Origin: Octopus sinensis
Taxonomy: Eukaryota
NCBI RefSeq assembly: GCF_006345805.1
Contig: NC_043020.1
Location: 9,300,001-9,364,000, forward strand
Length of the DNA stretch: 64,000 nucleotides
Reading direction: 5' to 3'
Shown here: in pieces, positions 50,025-61,122 of the stretch
Numbering within the stretch: position 1 is the first letter of the stretch
Layout: each line of letters opens with the position of its first letter
Notes under the pieces: generated by a model
The model's database searches: none
What the model saw: only the letters and a program-made list of their open reading frames with translations
What the model was told of the DNA's origin: nothing
Program-made: the position numbers and the translations under genes

Positions 50025-50368
50025 TATGTTCTTTATTAGCCACACAGGCTGCACACAGACAGGACAAATTACAAGGTAGAGCTTTTCTTTTGGGGGTAAA
50101 AAAAGAAGGGGGTTGGTTTTCGATCAAAAGGGATCGTAAATGGAAAGAAAGAGGACAAAAAAAAAGGGGGGATAAAATAAAATTTTTAAAAAAAGGGGGG
50201 GGTGAGGAAAAAAAAGGGAAAGAAAAAAAATTGATCAATAGGGATCATTATCACAGAAATGTCAATATGAAGTGTAAAGGGGAGGACAGGTGAGGTTTAC
50301 CCGTGGAAAGAAAAGCCTACGGAAAAGACCACGGTAACCTCGGTCAATGAAGTCACATGTTATATTTC
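50025..50368 (-). mobile_element. Tx1-clade LINE copy 2 (3' UTR only)
   Basis: Same 3' terminus as copies 1 and 3. It is truncated at the internal A/T run and flanked by TAGA units on both sides. Confidence 0.9.
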
Positions 50369-50408
50369 TAGATAGATAGACACATAGATAGAGAGAGAGA
50401 AAGAGATT

Positions 50409-50476
<68 letters not shown>

Positions 50477-50843
50477 TGTTTCTTTATTAGCCACACAGGG
50501 CTGCACACAGACAGGACAAATTACAAGGTAGAACTTTTCTTTTGGGGGTAAAAAAAAAGGGGGTTTGGTTTTCGATCAAAAGGGATCGTAAAAGGAAAGA
50601 AAGAGGACAAAAGGGGGGGGGGGTAAAATTTTTTTTAAATAAATAAAAGGGGGGGGGGAATTGATCAATAGGGATCGTTATCACAGAAATGTTAATATGA
50701 AGTGTAAAGGGGAGGATAGGTGAGGTTTACCCGTGGAAAGAAAAGCCTACGAAAAAGACCACGGTAACCTCGGTCAATGAAGTCACATGTTATATTTCTT
50801 TTTTTTTTGCAAATAAGAAACTCTCTGTATTAATTTTTACGGT

Positions 50844-53800
50844 TCATAGAATCATAGTCAAGGTGGCTTCGTCATTCATACGTGCCATCCTTGCTACATT
50901 CACCCATCTTTTTTTAAAACATTCACTAGACAAAACTTGCCTCTCTACTCTCACTTTCCTCTTCAAGTAATACTTGAAGAAGTTGATGAGAGATTGACCA
51001 GAGAGGAAAGTGTTTGTCTCTAATCCTTTCAGGCGCGTCCACCAATACATTCTTTGGGTGATAAAAATAGCTCTTCCTTCCCGCTTGAAGGAAGGAGGCG
51101 TGACGATATTAACGATAGACTCGGCTGATAAACCGACACGTCCCACACGTGACAGCAGTCGTTCGACATAAGCCCACAGGTCGGAGATTGTTGGACACTG
51201 CACGATTGCGTGCAGAGTGGTTTCGTCGCTCTGCCCGCATCTCGGGCAGGTCGGCCCCGTGTTTCTCGAGCCATGCCTATAGAGTTTATCCCGAACGGGT
51301 AGCGCTTCTCGGTAGCACCGCCAGGCCAGGGATCTCTGGAAGTTGTCCATAGGTCCCGGCCCGAATGTCGTTTCAAACAGGCGGGTCAGGTATTCCTCGT
51401 CGACGCCCAGGTTTGCCCCAAGATCGTCGTCGTACCTCCCCTCCACTAATCCCCTATAGAATGCTTTGGTTGTGTTGAAGTCACTCAAGGTCGACCCGGG
51501 ACGGCAGAGTTGCTTGAGAGCAACGCGACACTCGCGGTGCCATTCGCCCTTCCTCGGCCTCTTTTTGATCCACGACTGCAGTTCGGTCATGGAGACGAGC
51601 TGCGGGAACGCGTGCCTCACAAACGGCGACCACACCTGTTCACCGTCGTCTACATAGAGCCGGAGATGTCGCAGTCTCAGCGCGTGTCTGCGCATCATCA
51701 ACCATGGCATGCCCAGCCCTCCTTTTAACGGGTGTTGACAGCAAATGGATCGCCTGACCATCGGGACGCATCCTTTCCACAAGAAGCGGAAGAGAATGCG
51801 TTCTAGTTTGGTGATGGTAGGGTCGGGACAAGGTACGACGGTCAGGCGGTAGTAGATGATGGACGCGATGTACGTGTTCGCCACCTCCGCCCGACCTTTT
51901 AGGGACAGTTTCCTCTCGGCCCATTGCCGGGCGAGAGTGACTACCCTACTCGTTATCTCGTTCCAGTTCTTCTCCATTTGGAGGTCCGGACCGAACCAGA
52001 CCCCGAGCAACTCAACCGGGCCGTCTGTCCAGCGTCCCACGACGGAGGTACTGGTGGACGGCATGGGCTTGCTTCTCCAGGTGCCGAGCCGCAAGCCTAC
52101 TGACATTTCCCGGTTGATTTTTCCTCCTGTCACCGCTTCGTAGTCTTTCAGTGTCTCGCCGACCAGCTCGATGTGCTCGTGGCTTGACACTATGACGGTG
52201 ACGTCGTCCGCGTATGCAGACACGCTCGTCCCGCATCCCAATTCTCGCGGGATGCCCCTCAGAGTCGCCAGCTTCCGCAGTAGTGGCTCTAGAGTCAATA
52301 CGTATAGAAGCGCCGAGAGGGGGCATCTCTGACGGACCGAACGTGCAATGTCGAAAGGTCTCGATAAATGTCCATTTACGTGAATTACCTAACGGATGCC
52401 TCTGTACAAGGCAGCTATCCAGCCGTGGAAGACGGGACCGAAACCAGCCGCTCTCAGGACTGCCTCCAAGTATCGATGGTCTATCCTATCGAAGGCTTTC
52501 GATTGATCCAAGTTGATCAGGGCCCCACCCATGCCAGGTTCCTTAACTACTCTGTCTATGATATAGCGCATCAGATGGAGGTTGTCATGGATGCTCCGGC
52601 CCGGCACGGCGCACGTTTGTGCGTTGTCGACCAGTTTCTCGATGACAAGCGCCAACCTCTTGGCTAACACCTTTGTCAAAATTTTCAGGTCTGCATTGAG
52701 CAGAGTGATTGGTCTAAAGTTATCTATAATGTTCCCCTTGTTTGGATCTTTCTTCAGCAGCGTTACGGATCCTCGACTCACAAAACCGGGTATGCTCCCG
52801 TTTTGCTGTCAGTTGCAGTATACCGCTGCCAAGACGTCTCCAAACAAGTCTGGCATGCAATTGTAAAACTCGTAGGGCAGACCATCCAAACCCGGCGATT
52901 TGTCTCTCGAGCATTCTGCCATCGCGTCCCGCACATCCGCCGCCGTGATGGCACCTTCGCAGCACTCTGCCTCTCTTGCCGAGAGTCGTGGTAGGCTGTG
53001 CAGGTAGGCACTGAAGTCCACCCTGCGTTCACGCTCGCCACTCGTCCCGTACAGTCGGGCAAAGTGCCGCTGAAATGTCTCGCACATCTTGCTGGGCTCG
53101 AGCAATTCGCGCCCTTGTTCGTCTACCAGAGACCGAATGGTGGCTTTGTTGCCCTGCTGCGCCTCCGCCACCCGGGCCTCCCTCGCGGCTCCAACACCTT
53201 CCATCCTTAGAGCCCGCATCCTAGCCCTGACAGCACACACTTCGTGTTTGGCGTTGAAGTGCTGGTCAAGGGCCAACCTCGCCGCTAAAACGTCGGATGT
53301 GATGCCGCTTCTTATTGCCTCTTCTAACTTCTTAACTAACTCACCCTCCACTCTATTTCTATCTACGGCTAGTGCCTTGCTATATCTAATTGCTTCCGCT
53401 TTTACTGCTCTCTTGAGGGCGAACCACCATTTGTTGTTGACAATAGCTCCCGTTAAAGCCCTTTTTACTAACGTGTTGATTCTGTCTCTGAAAACCTGCC
53501 TGGACGGGAAAGATGCGTTCAGTTTCCAGTAACCAGGACCCTGTCTATGTGCCTTATCTAAGTCTAGCGTACACGTCACGAATTTGTGATCCGTGTAGCT
53601 GACTGTGTGGAATTGTGGACATCCTAAGTTATCCCTGTCTACTGTCCTACACAGTATCCTATCTAGATAAGATCTCGACGACCCACTGCGGTTGCTCCAT
53701 GTCCACGTTGGTGCATTTGGGTGGTCGAGTCGGTACCTGTCAGACAGTTGGAATCGTCTGAGCAGGTCTCTGAGGCATTTGCATCCCCTTCTGTTTTTGT

Positions 53801-54266
53801 CTCTCCCCACATAGTCTAGATGCGTGTCCAAGGTAGCATTCCAATCCCCCACTAAAAGTAAAGGACGAGACGTTCCCAGGAATACTTCTAGACGTCGAAA
53901 GAAATCCGGCCGACCTGTTAAAGGCGGTGCGTAGACTGATACGAGTCGAAAAGCGCACCCATTGCTGCCATCGACATCCAGAACGACCAGTCTACCCTCC
54001 GGGTCTACGAATATCGTCTTGACTTCGAGATCCAGGCTCTTGTGAAAAAGTACCGCGGTGCCACTACCGCCCATCCTCGGCAGACAGGGAGCAAAATAAA
54101 TGTTAAACTGTCCGCCAAACATGGACTTTAGGGCCCGTGGCTCGTGGAGTCTGGTCTTACTTATGGCTATGATTCCCAAATCGTGTGACTTGATGTCATT
54201 TAGGAGGTATCCTTGTTTCCAAGGAGACCCCAAGCCACGCGCATTCACACAACCGATCTTGACCAT
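50844..54266 (-). pseudogene. Tx1 ORF2 (APE endonuclease, reverse transcriptase, zf-RVT), 1140 codons with two premature stops
   Basis: ORFs 52809-54266, 52389-52781 and 50844-52298 are all in one frame. APE motifs: GCVNARGL, VSVYAP, GDWNA, SYLDRI, TDHK. RT motifs: RPITLLN, LDQSKAFD, YADD. The stops are TGA (52809-52811; TGG in copy 1) and TAG (52389-52391; TCG in copy 1). Confidence 0.92.
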
Positions 54267-54316
54267 GTTTCTATTGGGGTGTGTGCTTTAAAACACAAAA
54301 AGGAAAGTACAGAGAG

Positions 54317-54601
54317 TTACTTACTTGTGTCGAAAGTTTTGGCTTCCTCGTCCTTTGATGTGTCTTGGAGGAGGTTTTTATAGAGTTTTTGTGAAAGGTA
54401 TTTTTGGAACACCCCAACCGCATTTGGAAAGAGGGCTTTGAGTGTGTGGTGTTGTGTTTGTGTGATGTGTAGTATTTTGATGTGTTTGGGTGGTGTAGTG
54501 TGTGGATGGTTGTTAGTTTTGAAGTCATCTTCACAGATGTTTGTGTGGGCTGTGATGTACTCCATGAGTTTGGAGTCTTTGGTGTCTATCGCTGATAGCA
54601 T
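54317..54601 (-). CDS. 94-codon ORF upstream of Tx1 ORF2, probably the C-terminal remnant of ORF1
   Basis: Same strand as ORF2 and ending 50 nt before the ORF2 ATG. The start lies 5 nt from the 5' (GATA)n flank. No recognisable domain. Confidence 0.45.
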   Translation of the reverse strand: MLSAIDTKDSKLMEYITAHTNICEDDFKTNNHPHTTPPKHIKILHITQTQHHTLKALFPNAVGVFQKYLSQKLYKNLLQDTSKDEEAKTFDTSK

Positions 54602-54606
54602 TGTGT

Positions 54607-54663
<57 letters not shown>

Positions 54664-54879
54664 ACAGACGATCACACAGATAAACAGTCAGACAAACAGG
54701 CGGGCGGGCAGACAGACAGACAGGTAGATAAATAGGTGTGTGTGTTTATGTGTATGTGTAACTATATGTGTGTCTTAAAGAGAGAGTGAGAGAGAGAGAG
54801 AGAGAGTGGGGTGGAGTAGAGAGAGGGTATTTGAAAAAGTAAGATGGTGATACAATATATCGTAAAATAAAAACAAGGG

Positions 54880-55204
54880 GACGGGAAAATAAAAACTGTA
54901 AAACTTTTAACTCACTGATTATCGAGATTGCCCAGACTCCTCCCGCCAAATATATTTAAATATATCTATATATACATATACACACGCATATATATATGCG
55001 TACGTGTGTTGTTTTTTTTTTTTTTGTATGTTCAAATGTATGATTTTAAAGAAATCTATATAGTATGTACATATAAATTAATGCAGTCTTTTGACCATGC
55101 ACCGCCAAATATTCTTCGCTTTAGTGGTCTTTAATGGTCTTCCTTGCCAGACTTTCGGACAGCAAAACCAAAATTTTAGTTCAAACCAACACACGCGCGC
55201 GAAA
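54880..55204. promoter_or_regulatory. Cluster of E2F-like motifs (putative)
   Basis: gacgggaaaa (54880), tcccgccaaa (54941), caccgccaaa (55100) and cgcgcgcgaaa (55194) in non-repeat sequence. Confidence 0.3.
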
Positions 55205-55837
55205 CCGTTTTGTCTGCCTTCACAGACGCCTCCGATGTTTCTAGGCTTTTTTTCTTTTTTTTTCAAATTTTTTAGTGTTTTTTGTCTTATTTCGTTTTTC
55301 TCATAAAATCATGCAACACCACACTTATGTACGCACACACACACACATACATACACATAGATACACATACACACACGTACGCATATACATAAACATACAC
55401 ACATGTACATACACACACGCACGCACACACAAACATACACAGATACACATACACACACATATGCACATACACACACATATACACATACATACACACACAT
55501 ACGCACATACATTAACACACACACACACACATACACAACGCACACACATGTACATTCACACATGACTGTATGCGTACACGCACACATACAGTTTATATAT
55601 ATATATATATATAATCTTTTACTTGTTTTAGTCATTGGACTGCGGTCATGCTGGGGCACTGCCTTAAAAGGTTTTAGTTGAACAAATCGACTCAGAGAAT
55701 AATTAACTTATTGTATCGTCACATTTGCCGAACCGCTGAGTTATGGAGTCGTAAACAAACCAATGCCGGTTGTCAAATGTCGGGGCGGATGCGCACACAC
55801 ACATATACACAAACACACACTATTCTTAAGCAAGAAT

Positions 55838-56270
55838 AGGCGCAGGAGTGGCTGTGTGGTAAGTAGCTTGCTTACGAACCACATGGTTCCGGGTTCAGTC
55901 CCACTGCGTGGCACCTTAGGCAAGTGTCTGCTACTATAGCCTGGGGCCGACCAAATCCTTGAGTGGATTTGTAAGCCTAGTACTTATTCTATTGGTCTTT
56001 TACGCCGAACCGGTAAGTTACGGGGACGTAAGCACACCAACATCGGTTGTCAAGCGATGATGGGGGCAAACACAGACACAGAAACATACACACACACACA
56101 CACACACATATACGACGGTCTTCTTTCAGTTTCCGTCAACTAAATCCACTCATAAGGCTTTGGTTGGTCTGAGGCTGTAGTAGAAGACACTTGTCCAAGG
56201 TGCTATGCAGTGGGACTGAACCCGGAACCATGCAGTTGGTAAGCAAGCTACCTACCACACACACATAACC
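55838..56270. mobile_element. Convergent fusion of two partial family A SINEs
   Basis: A plus-strand head (55838-55970) is joined at ttt/gt to a minus-strand copy lacking its tail (55968-56270). Confidence 0.75.
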
Positions 56271-56556
56271 GATAGCTGATACTTTGTCTTATCGATTCCA
56301 GCAGGATGTAAAAACAAAGATGATTTCCATTAGTGTTTCAACCATTCCACACATCTGTTGTTAAAACACAACGAGGCTGTATTTATTTGCCATTCCTATT
56401 AATCAAAACAAAACAACGTGAACTTCGTCGTCCGTTGAGGTCCTTCGACTCAATAACACAGTAACAGATTAACTAGAGTAGGATTTGCAGTCATTCCCTC
56501 CCCAGGGACCACAATCGACCCTTTAATATGCTCGCTTTTTATTTAAATCGTTTTAA

Positions 56557-56978
56557 GGCAATCTTTCGTCTCTAGTAGACCTTTCCGTCGATTTCCGTAA
56601 AATTTTTTTTTTTTAACATATGAGCTTGCGGGAACTTTTGAAGTAATGCGAGCGAAAGAGACTAAGAGAAAGCGATTGTATGACGAGGGAAGTTCTTTTG
56701 AAGTTACCGTCCAGGGGAAGCATTGATGTACATGTGTGTGTGTGTGTTTGATGGGGTGTGGGAGACAGACAGTATGTTGTGTAAGTGAAGTGCTTCTGTT
56801 AGTGTGTGTGAAGAGACAGAGAGAGTAATGTGTGAAAGAGAGAGATAACTGAAAATTTTTACTCGGTGTATGTGTATATGTATGTATATTACTTCAAAAG
56901 TTCCCGCAAGCCCATATGTAAAAAAAAAAATTTTTTACGGAAATCAACGGAAAGGTCTACTAGAGACGAAAGATCGCC
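56557..56978. mobile_element. MITE with ~91-bp TIRs and an 8-bp TSD
   Basis: TIRs at 56557-56647 and 56888-56978 (GGC(A/G)ATCTTTCGTCTCTAGTAGACC...). TSD CGTTTTAA at 56549-56556 and 56979-56986. Confidence 0.9.
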
Positions 56979-57423
56979 CGTTTTAAAGCTGGTAACTAAC
57001 TAGTTCTGAGCATTCCTACACAACTGTCCTCTTCCCACAGACTTTGTTTCCTCATAACTTACAGAAAAATGGGTATTTTTAAATGAAATTTTCTATACAT
57101 ACGCTGCAGATTGTGTAAATTCCGAATTTATTGGAATTTGTGGCGAAAAGAGTTTTCCGGGTGGGATGAGGAGTTTCGGAAAATTCACACGTGTGGGTTT
57201 TTTCCTCATAACTTTCAGTAAAATGGGTAATTTTTAAAAATGAAATTGTCTACAAATATCTTTCAGAGTGTGTAGATTACGATTACATTAGAACATGATA
57301 TGAAAGAAAAATTGGTGGACTCGTATACATACATACTGTTACACGTCTGTTAATAACTACAAAACGAAACTTAGAATTTTGAAAACAAAATGTGTTGCGT
57401 CAGTATGTATGTGTGTGTGTGCT

Positions 57424-57830
57424 CTCTTTACTCTTTTACTTGTTTCAGTCACTTGACTGCGGCCATGCTGGAGCACCGCCTTTAGTCGAGTAAATCGACC
57501 CCGGGACTTATTCTTTGTAAGCCCAGTACTTATTCTATCGGTCTCTTTTTGGCGAACCGCTAAGTGACGAGGACGTAAACACACCAGCATCGGTTGTCAA
57601 GCAATGCTAGGGGGACAAACACAGACACACAAACACATACACACACACTTATATATATATATATGTACGACAGGCCTCTTTCAGTTTCCGTCCACCAAAT
57701 CCACTCAGAAGGCATTGGTCGGCCCGAGGCTATAGCAGAGGACACTTGCCTAAGATGCCACGCAGTGGGACTGAACCCAGAACCATGTGGTTGGTAAGCA
57801 AGCTACTTACCACACAGCCACTCCTGCGCC
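57424..57830 (-). mobile_element. SINE family A, full length
   Basis: Complete reverse-complement copy. Confidence 0.9.
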
Positions 57831-58184
57831 TTTTTAAAATTTTTTTTCTTTTATTAAATTCTGATATAATCGTAATTTGCACCATCTGAAATTTATTCGT
57901 AGAAAATTTCATTTACAAATACTTATTTTGCTGGAAGTTATGTGGAAATAAAGTCAGTGGCGGGATGAGGGTGGGCACTCGTGTAGGTATGCCCAATTTT
58001 GTCCCATCTTCCGTCATTTCCTTCAGCCAGTTTTCGCTTCCAAAACACCCGTCTTCCCCATATATAAGCTCTAATTCTTAATTAACCATATTCATCCCTT
58101 CCACAAAACACTGACACTTTATAAATATTCTCCTGCTGCCGTCTGCTCCTGTTTTGGTTATATTTCCTTCTTCCTTTTCGGTCA

Positions 58185-58500
58185 CATCATCATCATCATT
58201 GTTCGACCGTGGTCGAGACAATGGAATTTACCATGCTACGCCAGACTTCACGATCCATCATGGCATTACGGAGGTCCTGTTGCTGGATGCCTGTATCCCT
58301 GGAGATTACATCAGGGTAGGAGAGTGTGCGTCCTCTGGTATTGCGAACAGATGGCTTCCAAAGGAGAAGAGCAGAAATTACCTCGTTTTCAGCTCTACAA
58401 CAATGTCCAGCAAACTGGACTCTTCTACCTTTCACAAGAGATGACACAGGTGGTAGTTTCCCATATATTTGCATTTTGGTTGGATGGCGCTTCCACGAGA
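58185..58500 (-). mobile_element. 3' end of an RTE/RTEX-like LINE with a (TGA)n tail
   Basis: Encodes SWKRHPTKMQIYGKLP...RRVQFAGHCCR...LLLWKP...RGRTLSYPDVISRDTG...AMMDREVWR...STTVEQ*, followed by tgatgatgatg. Confidence 0.85.
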
Positions 58501-58838
58501 TAGAGGTGGGATGAGAAGAGGAGGGGGAGAGACAATCATTGAGAACCACAAAGAGAGAGGCAGCGAAAGAAAGATAGAAAGAGAAAAGGAGAAAGAAAGT
58601 GAGACAGAGACAGTAAGAAAGAGAAAGACAGAGAGAAAGAGAGCAAGTAAGAAAGAGCAAATGTGAAAGAGAGATATAGCAAGAACAAAAGAGAGTGACA
58701 GACAGACAAGAAGAGCAAAAGAGAGAGAGAGAGACAATAAGAGCGAAAGAGAGGAGACAGCAAGATTGAAAGAGACAGATAAATAAGGAAAGATAACGAG
58801 AAAGAAAGAAAGAAAGAAAGACGGACAAATAGACAAAC

Positions 58839-59156
58839 ACAGAGAGAAAAGAACAGCGAGAAAGAGAGATACAGACACCGAGAAAAAGAGCGAGGAAGAA
58901 AAGAGAGAGAGAAAGACAGAGAGAAAAGAACAGCGAGAAAGAGACAGACACCGAGAAAAAGAGCGAGGAAGAAAAGAGAGAGAGAAAGACAGAGAGAAAA
59001 GAACAGCGAGAAAGAGACAGAAAGAGAAATACAGACACCGAGAAAAAGAGCGAGGAAGAAAAGAGAGAGAGTAAGACAGAGAGAAAAGAACAGCGAGAAA
59101 GAGACAGAAAGAGAAATACAGACACCGAGAAAAAGAGCGAGGAAGAAAAGAGTGAG
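58839..59156. repeat. Purine-rich minisatellite, about 4 units of 70-85 bp, within a GA-rich tract
   Basis: gacagagagaaaagaacagcgagaaagaga...cagacaccgagaaaaagagcgaggaagaaaagag repeats. Confidence 0.9.
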
Positions 59157-59471
59157 AGAGAGAAAGAGAGAGAATATGATACAAAAGGGAGACAACTCCA
59201 AACACTCCCCACTCACGCCCTCTTGTTATGAAGCGCTCTCATCTCTTTTCTCTGTTTTTCTAACATTTTTCTTCACAAACTATGGGACTCTGTTGCTGTT
59301 TTCTACGGAAAGACGACCACGAAGATGAAACCAATTTAAACCCTGACCCGGTCAGTGCAACCTTTTTTTAAATCTTTCTCTGTGTGTATTTACTATATGT
59401 CAAGTATTGTTGTCAGGTCGGGCTGTCAGATTTCCCTGTCTGTGTCTATGCTTTCTCTCTTTCGTTTTATA

Positions 59472-59700
59472 TCTATTTATATAAAACTTGAGAAACTACA
59501 CAAACAATTTCATTCAAATTTTACACCTGCCTTACTTAGGGGTCCATGTAGTTTCATGGGCAAAAAAAAAAAATGTTCAACTTCTTGCCTAGGGCGAGCC
59601 CATAGCAATATCATATCTTCTCCTCTATTTCAGTATTACGTGTTAAAAGTGAAGCAAAAGCATTTCTCTATTTTATGTCAGATACTTTCACTATATATAT
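59472..59700 (+). mobile_element. 5' part of the Helitron-like family seen at 25830
   Basis: A|TCTATTTATATAAAA start and a body homologous to 25890-26090. Confidence 0.65.
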
Positions 59701-61122
59701 TTAAGCGAATGTTTCTTTTTCCTTCCATGACTATCTCTTTCTCTCACTATGTCCGTCTAATCTCTCTCTCTCTCCACATATCTCCATCTTATGCCTTTCC
59801 TCTTTCACTCTACATCTCTCTCTCTCTCTCTTACTGTGACTGGACTATTGTTGTTTGGCTCAAATGTTTTTTTCAAAACAAATACCCCTCCCCCCACCTC
59901 TTTATTAACAAAAACAAACAAACAGAGTTCGTATTCATGTCGAAAATTCTTTCTTGTCCTTGCAATGCCTGTTGGGACAAATTTTCAAAAATTTAGAATG
60001 TTATTAAGCAAGGTAAGAAAAAAAAACCCCACTGCAGCCCCACCACCAATATTTAACCCCAGTTAATCCTAGTCGAACAGACCTGGGATAGAGAATATCC
60101 CAACCGTGACCATTCCATTTTTTTTTAGAGATTTGTAGGAAGGGGGTCCCGCCTCAAATACAGCAGGATGCGTTTTGAGGAAGATTTAGACTGCTATTTC
60201 TGCCACGTATATTATCTATCACTTATTGGTTCCCTCCTCTAAACACATAGATACACACACACACATATACGTATGTTTGTAATCTCTCTTCCTATCCCGG
60301 AGATTAGTCCTCACCTCTTCCCTAAATAAATCTCTTTTATACTCCAGCGTCTGTGGCGGTGTCTCTATTGATATGTTCCTATTTAACAATGTTCCTATCT
60401 CAGCTCTGTGTTTACTTGTTATTATTATGGTAGAGGCTCTGCTCTTCCTATTTCATTATCTCGTTATAGATAGATATGTAAAAATTGTATCGCTTCAAAA
60501 CTGTTATAATTAAGACTCGATTCGTCTACGAATATTTTTATCTTCTTCATAGTGTAGGATGGATTGATTTGTGCTTAGAAAGTAGCCACATGCCGTTTTG
60601 ACTTGTCTCCATGTCTAGAGTAAAGGGTTGTCTCAGACGAAAGGGTTAACACAGGCCACAAGACCAGGGTGTGCGTATTTGTAGAGAGAGAGAGCAGGTC
60701 AGTTGGGATAATACTGTCCAGGCGTTTACTGTTGGAAGCACTTCTACGGACAGCGGTTATCTGGAAACTGGAAGGGGAAATCCCACATGAAAACTGCTGT
60801 CCCAATAGATAGAAAACTGCACAAATTACTTAGTCGCCATAGAGTGTAAATAGTAAACATTAAAGGGTTCGCCATATTGCATGTCTATATATATCTCTAT
60901 GTATTTAACAATTAAGGATAACTTCTTAATAAGGAATCTTAACAAGAAATTATCAGGTAGTTAGCGTGAAAAACCTCATAAGAGAACTAAATTCATTTTT
61001 TAAATGTCTTGCTTTTGAAATTGCATTAGGTACGATTAGTGAAATTTTGGTAGTAATGACTTATGTCCCTCTTAGTGTGAGGCATTTATGTGTAATAATG
61101 CCCTCTATACAATATAAATATA

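Larger units (their letters stand above)
50475..54606 (-). mobile_element. Tx1-clade LINE copy 3, nearly intact, flanked on both sides by (GATA)n
   Basis: It contains a ~370-nt 3' UTR ending AATAAAGAAACATA, ORF2 and a short upstream ORF. Arrays lie at 50369-50474 and 54607-54662. Confidence 0.95.

Noticed and set aside
58196-59212. 338-aa minus-strand ORF
   Set aside because: The N-terminal two thirds is translated GA-rich minisatellite. Only the last ~100 aa is real and it is an RTE remnant.
60774-60784. Single NF-kB consensus GGGGAAATCCC (and a COE-like TCCCCAGGGA at 56499-56508)
   Set aside because: Isolated motifs like these are expected by chance in 64 kb without other support.
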